Shown one piece after another: positions 1-12,494 of a DNA stretch of 64,000 bases. The position numbers and the translations under genes are program-made. This DNA is from Chiloscyllium plagiosum (Eukaryota): assembly GCF_004010195.1 (NCBI RefSeq), contig NC_057718.1, positions 43,399,970-43,463,969 on the forward strand, given 5' to 3'. The number at the start of each line of letters is the position of its first letter. Position 1 is the first letter of the stretch. The notes below the pieces were generated by a model, which saw only the letters and a list, made by a program, of their open reading frames with translations, ran no database searches and was not told the origin of the DNA.

Positions 1-822
1 GTTGGCCCAGATAATGCACTGAAGGTGTGATGTGCCCTGTGTGAGGCTGTCTTTGCCCCAATGTTCAGATTGATTCTAATCTATAAAAGGGATTTACCCA
101 ATCTTACATGGATTCATGCAGCTTTTGAACAAAATAAAATGTAATTCTGCAAGTACAAATTTACCTCACAAACCTTTATGTGTGTGTGCGTGTGTGCATG
201 TGTGTTGGAGGGGTATGCGTTTCTGTGAGAGAGTGTGTATGTGTATGTATGTGAGTGCAAAGGAGTATACTTCTGTGAGAGGGTGCATGTGTGAGTGTGT
301 GAGCGTTTGTGTGAGCATATGAAAGAAAACTTGTGTATGAGAGAGGGTCTGCGTGAGTGTATGAGTCTGTAGGAGTTTGTGCGTATATGTCTGTCAGAGT
401 GTCTGTGTGTGTGTGAGAGAGAGAGAGAGAGAAATAGCGAGAGAGAGAGAAATAATTGTTCCAGTGCAGTGGGGTCACCTGTAGTATGACATGAACCCAA
501 GGTCCTGGTTGCGGCCATTTCCATGGGTACCGAACTTGGCTATCAGCCTCTGCTCAGCCACTTTGCGTTGTTACCTGCCGCGAAGTCCACCTTGGAGGAT
601 GGTCACCCGAAGGTCCGAGGTCGAATGTCCCGAAACCGCGGAAGTGTTCTCTGACTGGGAGGGAGCACTCCTGTCTGTTGATTGTTGTGCGATGTCCATT
701 CATCCATTGCCATAGCCTCTGCTAAGTCTCACCAATGTACCATGCCTCAGGGCATTCTTGCCTGCAGCCTTTGAGATAGACAACGTTGGCTGAGTCGCAT
801 GAATACCTGCCACGTACATGGT
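1..822 (-). mobile_element. Penelope-like retroelement fragment (GIY-YIG endonuclease end plus TG/GA-rich 3' region), runs off the window start
   Basis: Minus strand near 690-820 reads HVRGRYSCDSANVVYLKGCRQECPEAWYIGET*QRL..MNGHR (GIY-YIG VY..YIGET motif). It aligns by eye with the copy at 42100-42850. Confidence 0.85.
178..450. repeat. Degenerate (TG)n and (GA)n microsatellite inside the Penelope 3' region
   Basis: Visible directly; a similar TG tract lies at 42285-42498 in the second copy. Confidence 0.9.
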
Positions 823-899
823 AGCAGCATGACAATACCACAGAACTAGAATGTTTTAAAGGAAGAAAAATAAATAATCATATTATAAAGGCACATTAG

Positions 900-2081
900 G
901 AAGTCATGGCCGGAGAAAAATTATGACCAGAGAGATTTGACTTCAGAGATGCAGCAAATAAAGTGCAGAATTGGACAGCTTGGAGAAATGAACTTAAGAT
1001 ACTATATAAGAAACTGAATAAATTAATATACTATTGCATTGATTTGGAAACATAACTGTTGATGTTATACATCAGCATTGGTATAAAAGAGGCAACTGAC
1101 ATTTTGGTGAAGTTCTGCAAACTTTGCAAAATCAATTTAACCTCAGAACAAAAAAATCTTGCAAGACAATGTTTTAATAGAATCATTCAGAAGAACCCAT
1201 AGATAATTTATTTAATTATCAATACAGATTAGTGAACAGATGTGACTATGGAGCTTTAAAATCAGAATTCATAGCAGACCTGATAATTCTTTGTCAAATG
1301 TATTATTTTAAAAGAAGATCTGGCTTTTGGGAAAGTAATTCGAAAGTGAGTGAAGTGGATGTCTGGAAGCCATACCGATCAATCCTAAGAGGAGAAGATT
1401 AACATTATTACAGGAGAATCCATTCAGTTCTTTAGGTATACAACCCTAAAGACACATGTGAGAAGGGTGAGCCAGATATCAGATGTTGTAAGACCTTGTC
1501 AGGGCTGTGGAGCAAGCAAAGTTCAGAGGCATAAGCAGTGCCAAACTATGAAAAAAATGCCTCATTTGTAAGCACTAAATAACTTACAGAAGCTGTGCCA
1601 AAGGAGGACACCAAGAGAACATCAAGAAGTGAATGGCTACTCACACATAGAGCTTCATGAAATAGAATAGAAGAATGGTCAAAAGGGTTCCTATGACAAA
1701 TGGGTGACCCGGGACTCGCTTTTTGCCAAGAAGATATTTATGTCAATGGACATCGCAACAATTTCAAGCTCAATAGAGGGATGCGTAACACTGTATTATT
1801 AGATCATGTACCTTGGGTGAAGAAATACTGTGAAGAAACAGCCAACAAAAGTGCAACTACATGGTGTAGGAAGTATATCACTTAAGGTTAAAGATATGCT
1901 ATAGGCAATTCTGCAACATAAGAGGATGTCAAATAATAGAGAACATGCAATTAAGAAATCTCATTGACTGTGAATGTAAGTCTTGACCTCAAATTTCTTA
2001 AATGGCAGAAGTTGATATCTTTAAAGTCAAGAAACAACTGATTAAGCAGCAGCTAGTCATATTATAACAATTCAAGGAAAG
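900..2081 (+). mobile_element. Degenerate Ty3/Gypsy gag-protease remnant
   Basis: Fragments PERFDF (~927), RLVNRCDYGALKSEFIADLII (~1226-1290, gag-like) and DIYVNGHRNNFKLNRG (~1735-1780, resembles the protease motif VNG..FKLDTG); many stops. Confidence 0.6.
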
Positions 2082-2581
2082 NNNNNNNNNNNNNNNNNNN
2101 NNNNNNNNNNNNNNNNNNNNNNNNNNNNNNNNNNNNNNNNNNNNNNNNNNNNNNNNNNNNNNNNNNNNNNNNNNNNNNNNNNNNNNNNNNNNNNNNNNNN
2201 NNNNNNNNNNNNNNNNNNNNNNNNNNNNNNNNNNNNNNNNNNNNNNNNNNNNNNNNNNNNNNNNNNNNNNNNNNNNNNNNNNNNNNNNNNNNNNNNNNNN
2301 NNNNNNNNNNNNNNNNNNNNNNNNNNNNNNNNNNNNNNNNNNNNNNNNNNNNNNNNNNNNNNNNNNNNNNNNNNNNNNNNNNNNNNNNNNNNNNNNNNNN
2401 NNNNNNNNNNNNNNNNNNNNNNNNNNNNNNNNNNNNNNNNNNNNNNNNNNNNNNNNNNNNNNNNNNNNNNNNNNNNNNNNNNNNNNNNNNNNNNNNNNNN
2501 NNNNNNNNNNNNNNNNNNNNNNNNNNNNNNNNNNNNNNNNNNNNNNNNNNNNNNNNNNNNNNNNNNNNNNNNNNNNNNNNN
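2082..2581. other. Assembly gap (500 N)
   Basis: Run of N. Confidence 1.
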
Positions 2582-3929
2582 GACACAGGGAGAATGTGCA
2601 AACTCCACACAGACCGAAGGAGAATGTGCAAACTCCATGCAGAAACTGGGAGAATGTGCAAACTCCACACAGACAAAGGGCGAATGTGCAAACTCCACAC
2701 AGAGAGAGGGAGAATGTGCAAACAACACACAGACTCATGGAGAATGTGCAAACTCCAGGCAGACACAGGGAGAATGTGCAAACTCCACGCAGACACAGGG
2801 AGAATGTGCAAACTCCATGCAGAAACTTGGAGAATGTGCAAACTCCACACAGACACAGGGAGAATGTGCAAACTCCACACAGACACATAGAGAATGTGCA
2901 AACCCCAGATATACATGGGGTGAATGTGCAAACTCCACACAGACAAAGGAGAATGTGCAAACTCCATGCAGACACAAGTAGAATGTGCAAATTCCACACT
3001 GACACATGGAGAATGTGCAAACTTCACACAGACACATAGAGAATGTGCAAATTCCACGCAGACACCAGGAGAATGTGCAAATTCCACACATACAAGGGGA
3101 GAATGTGCAAACTTCACACAGAATGAAGGAGAATGTGCAAACTCCATGCAGAAACTGGGAGAATGTGCAAACTTCACACAGACAAATGGAGTATGTGCAT
3201 ACTCCAGGCAGACACAGGGAGAATGTGCAAACTCCACACAGACACAGGGAGAATGTGCGAACTCCACGCAAACACAGGGAGAATGTGCAAACCCCACACA
3301 GACTCAGTGAGAATGTGCAAACTCCACACAGACACAAGGAGAATGTGCAAATTCCACACAGGCACAGAAAGAATGCGTAAACTCCACACAGACAGAGGGA
3401 GAATGTGCAAACTCCACACAGATACGGGGCGAATGTGCAAATTCCATGCAGACACAAGTAGAATGTGCAAACTCCACGCAGACACTGGGAGAATGTGCAA
3501 ACTCCACGCAGAAACTGGGAGAATGTGCTAAATCCACGCAGACACACAGGGAGAATGTGCAAACTCCACGTAGACACAAGGAGAATGTGCAAATTCCACA
3601 CAGACAAGGGGAGAATGTGCAAAATCCAAACAGACACAAGGAGAATTTGCAAACTCCCCGCAGACGTAGGCAGAATGTGCAAACTCCACACAGACATGGG
3701 GAAAATGTGCAAACTCTACACAGACACAGCGAGAATGTGCAATCTCCACAGAGACACGGGGAGAATGTGCAAACTCCACACAGGCACACGGAGAATGTGC
3801 ATACTCCACACAGACACAGGGAGAATGTGCAAACTCCATGCAGAAACTGGGAGAATGTGCAAACTTCACACAGACAAATGGAGTATGTGCATACTCCAGG
3901 CAGACACAGGGAGAATGTGCAAACTCCAC

Positions 3930-4761
3930 NNNNNNNNNNNNNNNNNNNNNNNNNNNNNNNNNNNNNNNNNNNNNNNNNNNNNNNNNNNNNNNNNNNNNNN
4001 NNNNNNNNNNNNNNNNNNNNNNNNNNNNNNNNNNNNNNNNNNNNNNNNNNNNNNNNNNNNNNNNNNNNNNNNNNNNNNNNNNNNNNNNNNNNNNNNNNNN
4101 NNNNNNNNNNNNNNNNNNNNNNNNNNNNNNNNNNNNNNNNNNNNNNNNNNNNNNNNNNNNNNNNNNNNNNNNNNNNNNNNNNNNNNNNNNNNNNNNNNNN
4201 NNNNNNNNNNNNNNNNNNNNNNNNNNNNNNNNNNNNNNNNNNNNNNNNNNNNNNNNNNNNNNNNNNNNNNNNNNNNNNNNNNNNNNNNNNNNNNNNNNNN
4301 NNNNNNNNNNNNNNNNNNNNNNNNNNNNNNNNNNNNNNNNNNNNNNNNNNNNNNNNNNNNNNNNNNNNNNNNNNNNNNNNNNNNNNNNNNNNNNNNNNNN
4401 NNNNNNNNNNNNNNNNNNNNNNNNNNNNNNNNNNNNNNNNNNNNNNNNNNNNNNNNNNNNNNNNNNNNNNNNNNNNNNNNNNNNNNNNNNNNNNNNNNNN
4501 NNNNNNNNNNNNNNNNNNNNNNNNNNNNNNNNNNNNNNNNNNNNNNNNNNNNNNNNNNNNNNNNNNNNNNNNNNNNNNNNNNNNNNNNNNNNNNNNNNNN
4601 NNNNNNNNNNNNNNNNNNNNNNNNNNNNNNNNNNNNNNNNNNNNNNNNNNNNNNNNNNNNNNNNNNNNNNNNNNNNNNNNNNNNNNNNNNNNNNNNNNNN
4701 NNNNNNNNNNNNNNNNNNNNNNNNNNNNNNNNNNNNNNNNNNNNNNNNNNNNNNNNNNNNN
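3930..4761. other. Assembly gap (832 N) inside the array
   Basis: Run of N. Confidence 1.
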
Positions 4762-4829
4762 ACACGCACACACAGCGAGGGAGGGACACACACACACAGC
4801 GAGGGAGGGACACACACAGTCAGCGAGGG
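4762..4829. repeat. Short 22-24 bp repeat (CAGCGAGGGAGGGACACACACA) at the gap edge, merging into the 30-mer
   Basis: Three copies of cagcgaggga separated by CA runs. Confidence 0.8.
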
Positions 4830-7800
4830 AAAATGTGCAAACTCCACAGAGACAAGGGGAGAATGTGCAAAGTCCACACAGACAAAAGGAGAATGTGAAA
4901 ACTCCACACAGGCACAGGGAAAATGTGCAAAAACCACACAGACACAGGGAGAATGTGAAAACTCCACACAGAAAAAGGGAGAATGTGCAAACCCCACACA
5001 GATACAGGGGGAATGTGCAAACTCCACACAGACACATGGAGAATGTGCAAAATCCACAAAGACTCAGCGAGATTGTGCAAAGTCCACACAGACACAGGGA
5101 GAATGTGCAAATTCCACACAGGCACAGAGAGAATGCGTAAACTCCACACAGACACTGGGAGAATGTGCAAACTCCACGCAGAAACTGGGAGAATGTGCTA
5201 AATCCACGCAGACACAGGGAGAATGTGCAAACTCCACGTAGACACAAGGAGAATGTGCAAATTCCACACAGACAAGGGGAGAATGTGCAAAATCCAAACA
5301 GACACAAGGAGAATTTGCAAACTCCCCGCAGACGTAGGCAGAATGTGCAAACTCCACACAGACATGGGGAAAATGTGCAAACTCTACACAGACACAGCGA
5401 GAATGTGCAATCTCCACAGAGACACGGGGAGAATGTGCAAACTCCACACAGGCACACGGAGAATGTGCATACTCCACACAGACACAGGGAGAATGTGCAA
5501 ACTCCATGCAGAAACTGGGAGAATGTGCAAACTTCACACAGACACATGGAGAATGTGCAAACTCCAGACAGACCGAAGGAGAATGTGCAAACTCCAAGCA
5601 GACACAGGGAGAATGTGCAAACTCCAGACAGACCGAAGGAGAATGTGCAAACTCCACGCAGACACAGGGAGAATGTGCAAACTCCACACAGACATGGGGA
5701 GAATGTGCAAAATTCACACAGGCACAGGGAGAATGTGCAAACTCTACAAAGAGACAAGGAGAATGTGCAAACTCCACACAGACACATGGAGAATGTGCAA
5801 ACGCCATGCAGACACTGGGAGAATGTGCAAACTCCACACATACATGGGGAGAATGTGCAAACTCCACACAGCACACGGAGAATCTGCAAACTCTACACAG
5901 ACACGGGGAGAATGTGCAATCGCTACACAGACACAGCGAGAATGTGCAAACTCCACACAGACACGGGGAGAATGTGCAAACTCCACACAGACATGGGGAG
6001 AATGTGCAAACTCCACACAGGCACACGGAGAATGTGCAAAATCCAAATAGGCACAGGGAGAATGTGCAAACTCCACGCAGACACAGGGAGAATGTACAAA
6101 CTTCACGCAGACACAGGGAGAATGTGCAAACTCCACATAGGCACAGGGATAATGTGCAAACTCCACACCAACACGGGAAGAATGTGAAAACTCCTCACAG
6201 ACTCAGGGAGATTGTGCAATCTCCCCATATACACGGGGAGAATGTGCAAACTCCAAACAGACATGGGGAGAATGTGCAAACTTCACGCAGACACAGGGAG
6301 AATGTGCAGACTCCACACAGACACAGGGAGAATGTGCAGACTCCACACAGACAAGGGGAGAATGTGCAAACTCCACACAGGCACACGGAGAATGTGCAAA
6401 CTCCACATAGGCACAGGGAGAATGTGCAAACTCCACACAGACACGGGGAGAATGTGCAAACTCTACACAGACACAAGGAGACTTTGCAAACTCCACACAG
6501 ACACAAGGAGAAAGTGCAAACTCCACACAGACACAGCGAGAATGTGCAAACTCCACACAGACACAGGGAAAATGTGCAAACTCCACAGAGACAAGGGGAG
6601 AATGTGCAAAGTCCACACAGACAAAAGGAGAATGTGAAAACTCCACACAGGCACAGGGAAAATGTGCAAAGTCCACACAGACAAAAGGAGAATGTGAAAA
6701 CTCCACACAGGCACAGGGAAAATGTGCAAAAACCACACAGACACAGGGAGAATGTGAAAACTCCACACAGAAAAAGGGAGAATGTGCAAACCCCACACAG
6801 ATACAGGGGGAATGTGCAAACTCCACACAGACACATGGAGAATGTGCAAATTCCACGCAGACACAAGTAGAATGTGCAAACTCCACACAGACACATGGAG
6901 AATGTGCAAAATCCACAAAGACTCAGCGAGAATGTGCAAAGTCCGCACAGACACAGGGAGAATGTGCAAATTCCACACAGGCACAGAGAGATTGCGTAAA
7001 CTCCACACAGACAGAGGGAGAATGTGCAAACTCCACACAGATATGGGAAGAACGTGCAAACTCCATGTAGACACAAGTAGAATGTGCAAACGCCACACAG
7101 ACACAAGGAGAATGTGCAAACTCCATGCAGAAACTGGGAGAATGTGCTAAATCCACGCAGACACAGGGAGAATGTGAAAACTCCACACAGGCACAAGGAG
7201 AATGTGCAAACTCCACGCAGACAAGGGGAGAAGTGCAAAATCCACACAGACACAAGGCGAATTTGCAAACTCCCCGCAGACGTAGGCAGAATGTGCAAAC
7301 TCCACACAGACACATGGAGAAAGTGCAAACTCCACGCAGACACTGGGAGAATGTGCTAAATCCACGCAGACACAGGGAGAATGTGCAAACTCCATGCAGA
7401 CACAAGTAGAATGTGCAAACTCCACACAGACACGGGGAGAATGTGCAAACTCCACACAGGCACACGGAGAATGTGCCATCTCCACACAGGCAAAGGGACA
7501 ATGTGCAAACTCCACACAGACACAGGGAGAATGTGCAACCACCACACAGACACAGCGAGAATGTGCAAACTCCACACAGACACGGGGAGAATGTGCAAAC
7601 TCCACACAGGCACACGGAGAGTGTGCAAACTCCACATCGGCACAGGGAGAATGTGCAAACTCCACACAGACACAGTGAGAATGTGCAAACTTCATGCAGA
7701 CACAGGGAGAATGTGCAAACTCCACATATGCACAGGGAGAATGTGCAAACTCCCCAGAGACACGGGAAGAATGTGCAAACTCCTCACAGACACAGGGAGA

Positions 7801-9269
7801 TTGTGCAATCTCCCCATATACACGGGGAGAATGTGCGAACTCCAAACAGACACGGGGAGAATGTGCAAACTTCACGCAGACACAGGGAGAATGTGCAGAC
7901 TCCACACAGACATGGGGAGAATGTGCAAACTCCACACAGACATGGGGAGAATGTGCAAAATCCACACAGACATGGGGAGAATTTGCAAACTCCACACAGA
8001 CACAGGGAGAATGTGCAAACTCCACACAGACACAGGGAGAATGTGCAAACTCCATACAGACACAGGGAGAATGTGCAAAATCCACGTAGACACAGGGAGA
8101 ATGTGTAAACTCCACACAGACACAGGGAAAATGTGCAAACTCCACAGACACAAGGGGAGAATATGCAAAGTCCACACAGACAGAAGGAGAATGTGCAAAC
8201 TCCACACAGGCACAAGGAAAATGTGCAAACTCTACACAGACACAAGGAGACTTTGCAAACTCCACACACCCACAAGGAGAAAGTGCAAACTCCACACAGA
8301 CACAGGGAGAATGTGCAAACTCCATGCCAACACAGGGAGAATGAGCAAACTCTAAATAGACACAGTGAGAATGTGCAAACTCTACACAGACACATGGAGA
8401 ATGATCAAACTCCAAGCCGACACAGACATGGGGAGAAAGTGGAAACTCCACACAGACATGGGGAGAATGTGCAAACTCCACACAGACACAGGGAGAATGT
8501 GCAAACTCCACACAGACATAGGTAGAATGTACAAACTCCACACAGACACAGGGAGAATGTGCAAACTCCACACAGACATAGGGAGAATATGCAAATTCCA
8601 CACAGGCACAGAGAGAATGCGTAAACTCCACACAGACAGAGGGAGAATGTGCAAACTCCACACAGATACGGGGAGAATGTGCAAAGTCCACACAGACACA
8701 GGGAGTATGTGTAAACTCCAGGCAGACACGGGGTGAATGTGCAAACTCCACACAGACACAGCGAGAATGTGCAAACTCCACACAGACACAGGGAGAATGT
8801 GCAAAGTCCACACAGACACAGGGAGAATGTGCAAACTCCACACAAACACATGGAGAATGTGCAAACTCCACACAGACACAAGGAGAATGTGCAAACTCCA
8901 CGCAGACACTGGGAGAATGTGCTAAATCCACGCAGACACAGGGAGAATGTGCAAACTCCATGCAGACACAAGTAGAATGTGTAAACTCCACACAGACACG
9001 GGGAGAATGTGCAAACTCCACACAGGCACACGGAGAATGTGCGATCTCCACACAGGCAAAGGGAGAATGTGCAAACTCCACAAAGACACAGGGTGAATGT
9101 GCAAACTCACGCAGACACAGGGACAATGTGCAAACTCCACGCAGACACTGTGAGAATGTGCAAACTCCACACAGACACAGCGAGAATGTGCAAACCCCAC
9201 ACAGACACAGGGAGAATGTGCAAACTCCACACAGACATGGGAAGAATTTGCAAACTCCACACAGACACA

Positions 9270-9370
9270 GGGAGAATGTGCAAACTCCACACAGACAGTC
9301 TCTTGAGGCTGAAATTGAACCTGGTTCCCTGCAGCTAACCGGTGCTAACCGCTAAGCCACCGTGCCACCC
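9270..9370 (-). mobile_element. 5' tRNA-derived head of an HE1-like V-SINE, continuous with the 30-bp array
   Basis: Minus strand GGGTGGCACGGTGGCTTAGCGGTTAGCAC (A box) ... GGTTCAATTTC (imperfect B box), then GACTGTCTGTGTGGAGTTTGCAC. It matches the heads at 30360-30440 and 46375-46445. Confidence 0.9.
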
Positions 9371-9789
9371 TTGTTCAGATGGAAGTTGGATCAGAAGAAG
9401 GAGGGAGATAAACCTAGGGGAGAATTCCCCAACATTTCACTTGGACAGCAGATGTCTACCTTCACAACTTTACTGAAATTGACACACTGTTTTCTGGACA
9501 GGAAACCATCCTCAACCATCGCAGATAAAATACTTTATTTTTGCCTGATTAACCAACATATCATGTCTAAACTGTTGCTTCTTAATAGCTTTAAACTAAC
9601 TAAATATTCCTTATAAGTGATTGACTGCGTATGTTCGGTAACTGCAGTTCTAAGTCCCCCCAATATTGAACAAGTTGCATAATCTGGGATGTGTTGTCTT
9701 GGACTAGCTGAAAAAAACTACAGGTGATGTGTTGACCAGATTGGGCTCCCAAGTCAAATCCAGATAAAGTACCCATCAAGATGAAAATA

Positions 9790-10380
9790 TCTGAGAGTAC
9801 AGGAGTTGGGAGGTCATGTTACGGCTGTACAAGACATTGGTTAGGCCACTTTTGGAATATTGCATGCAAATCTGGTCTCCTTTCTATCAGAAGGATGTTG
9901 TGAAACTTCAAAGAGTTCAGAAAAGATTTACAAGGATGTTGGCAAGGTTTGGAGGATTTGAGCTATAAGGAGGGGTTGAATAGGCTGGGGCTGTTTTCCC
10001 TGGAGCATCGGAGGCTCAGTGTTGATCTTATAGATGTTTCTAAAATTATGAGGGGTGAGGTTAGAATAAGTAGACAAAGTCTCTTCCGTGGGGTGGGGAG
10101 TCCAGAACTAGAAAGCATAGGTTTAGGGTGAGAGGGAAAAGATATAAAAGAGACCTGAGGGGTAACCTTTTCATGCAGAGGATAATACGTGTGTGGAATG
10201 AGCTGCCAGAGGAAGTGGTGGAGGCTAGTACGATTGTAATATTTAAAAGGTATCTGGATTGGTATATGAATAGGAAGGGTTTGGAGGGATATGGGCCGGG
10301 CGGAATTGGGTTGGGATATCTGGTCGGCATGGACAAGTTGGGCCGAAGGGTCAGTTTCCATGCTGTATATCTTTATGACT
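9790..10380 (+). mobile_element. CR1 LINE 3' fragment
   Basis: LYKTLVRPLLEYC..WSP, LGLFSLEHRRL and WNELPEEVVEA motifs, followed by a CR1-type 3' UTR. Confidence 0.92.
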
Positions 10381-10829
10381 AGTGGAGGATGCAGGAGAAA
10401 GTCTTGCCGGTACATTCTCAAAGGGATCTGTAGCTCCTTCCTCAGAAGTGGAGGGGAGCTGATGGGATGAGGGGCTGGCCTGTTAAAGGTGGAGGTTCTG
10501 TGGGTACTACTCATGACTGCAGGAGAGAAGAGGGAATTTGTTGTACATTAGGGATAGAAGCTTCAGCATGTTACAAACGCACTCTCATGATGTTAATGGG
10601 AGAGGAATGCAGCACATGACAATGAAACTTAATTTATTGCCTTAATATGGAGATCAAGGCATCCCAACATGAGCAGCCTCAGTCCTTTCCCATTAACTCA
10701 AAGATCTTCTCCTTTTATGGGATAAGAAAACAAGTGTCAGCCCTCCTCCTGCCCACCTTTGCTCTTTTTGACCAATTCTCCTCAGTGAGATAATGGGAAT
10801 GATTGAGTGAGTTGAAAGAGACTGGACCT

Positions 10830-11520
10830 GTTGTTAGTCATTGTGTAGGAATAGTACAGGTAGTCAGTGAGCATGCAGGAAGCACAGACAGCAGGAAGAC
10901 TTCGTAAATTAGGAAGATGTGGTGATTAGAACCATTGAGGGAAGCTGCTGCATTCAATGGAACTACTCCATTAGTTTGGTGGGAGATATGTGCAATAACA
11001 GAGTAAAGTGAGCCTGAAGTAAGAGAGAGAAGATGTTGGCATTTAATCTGGCAGAGTGCAGAAGGACAATAAACCTTCTTCTGGCATTGTTTCACATTCT
11101 TCCAGACCATGGACATTACACCAAGTTTGGTTCTGTTAGCCGCTCTGACAAACCTGAGGGAAGAGGATGACCCCTCTCCCCACAAACCTATCCACCAGGA
11201 CTTCCAGGTCCCTGTTGACAGAGTGGGGTGCAAAGTTCCCTTTTTCGTCCTCTCCTGTTGTATAGCAATACACTTGAAGCAGTCATTCCTGGCTTGTGAT
11301 ATTTTAAGTGATGCAAAGCTGTAGTTTAAATATGGCACTGGTGTAGCAACTAAGCCGGAAGGTCTTGGCAGTGCCGAGCACATCTGCCTATGTGAGAATT
11401 CAATGAAAAGGGCATTGCAGGGGCTGTCAAACAATTAACCAGAAGAACAGTCAGAGTTTGCATGAGAAATTTGCTCAGACGCAGAAAGTAAACTTTCCAT
11501 GAAAATCTGTAAAATTGACA
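10830..11520 (-). mobile_element. Possible decayed Harbinger-type DNA transposon Myb/SANT-like segment
   Basis: ORF 10838-11434 contains SMVWKNVKQCQKKV, resembling the QC.KK motif of Myb/SANT-like partner proteins; nothing else supports it. Confidence 0.3.
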
Positions 11521-12212
11521 CTTTGCCAAACAACTGGAAGACTCAGCTCTGAACTGTTTTGCAAAATAACTAACAAGGTCCTGCTTTCATGGATTTCAGT
11601 GCTTCTCAATTATACCCAAGTATTCCCACTTTTTCCCAGCTCTCCATACATATCAGGACCTTAGCTTTTGATATCATCCATGGCTTAACACCAAACGTTA
11701 CACCCTTCATCAATGCTATTTAGTTTAAACATTAAGTGGTGTAATGGATGCATTTGAAATCATTTCAAAATCATCCTGGTAGATTTTAGGAGCACTGAAG
11801 AATTTGAGAAGTTGCAGTTGCACAAGTGGTACTCAGTTGGCATTTTGGTAGTGGTGGGATCGGAAAAGTGATGGGTACTAAATTTCCCTCTTCCTAAGAA
11901 GTACTCGGTTGGGGCCATAGGTGCCCAGTAGAGAGTTATAGCAATATTGCACCTTTTGTTTGGCCTAATTCAAAGGAAGAATCGCATATTCCCAATGCTC
12001 CAATTTTGTTGGGGAAAAGAATTATCTCACAAAGTTGAGTAATTCCATGTTAAAGCCTTTTATTGGGCACTTTAATTTAAAATGCGTTGTAGTTATATAG
12101 AGATGGCATTTATGGATAGGATTAAGGATGCAGATAAGGTCTTATTCCGTAGACGGACATACAGCTGCTGTTGTGTGGTGTGCAACACTAACCCAGCTCA
12201 CTCCATGGTCTG

Positions 12213-12225
12213 GTTACCTAGCGAC
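12213..12225 (+). promoter_or_regulatory. RFX X-box-like site GTTACCTAGCGAC
   Basis: One mismatch to GTNRCC-N(0-3)-RGYAAC. It lies in unique sequence about 270 bp upstream of a strong donor GG|GTAAGG (12494/12495). Confidence 0.5.
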
Positions 12226-12427
12226 ATTGCAGTGTGAATGTCTACTTCTGAGAGCGGCTTCAGTGTCCTCTGCCTTATTGTGCAGTTGGACGAATTGGCA
12301 TTAAATAGCTTTACTTTTCTTAAAAAAAAACAGAACAATCTGCCTGGAACTCTGCATTTCACCCTCATATGATTATTTTCTTTTTTGTCACTACATAATT
12401 CACGTTTTGAATGCCTTCGTTTTGCAG

Positions 12428-12494
12428 AGTGCAAGCCATATGGCGTTGCCGTGTAATCAGCTTACTGAGGGCTAAGGTCATGTGCGAATGTTGG
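12428..12494 (+). pseudogene. Candidate exon
   Basis: ttcgttttgcag| ... GG|gtaagg; open frame VQAIWRCRVISLLRAKVMCECW ending in phase 0. Confidence 0.4.

Larger units (their letters stand above)
2582..9297. repeat. 30-bp tandem array, consensus GGGAGAATGTGCAAACTCCACACAGACACA, about 190 sequenced units, derived from a SINE core
   Basis: 30-bp periodicity with occasional 1-7 bp indels. The unit matches the SINE core at 26618-26658 and 30320-30361. Confidence 0.97.

Noticed and set aside
114..524. His/Thr-rich ORFs here and at 42248-42567
   Set aside because: They are translations of (CA)n/(TG)n microsatellites in Penelope 3' regions.
2582..9297. CRISPR-like appearance (constant motif plus variable part)
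   Set aside because: The variable parts are point variants of one sequence, not unique spacers. The context is eukaryotic and there are no cas genes.
1998..9355. Long Cys/His-rich ORFs in all six frames (CGVCTFSLCL, HRENVQTPHR, VEFAHSPCVC repeats)
   Set aside because: The 30-bp unit is 10 codons with no stop in the consensus, so open frames are automatic. Indels shift frames freely, several ORFs run through Ns, and the unit is SINE-derived.
9298..9370. tRNA gene
   Set aside because: A/B-box-like motifs are present but continue into the SINE core with no acceptor stem. The same applies at 23300, 26560, 30400 and 46400.
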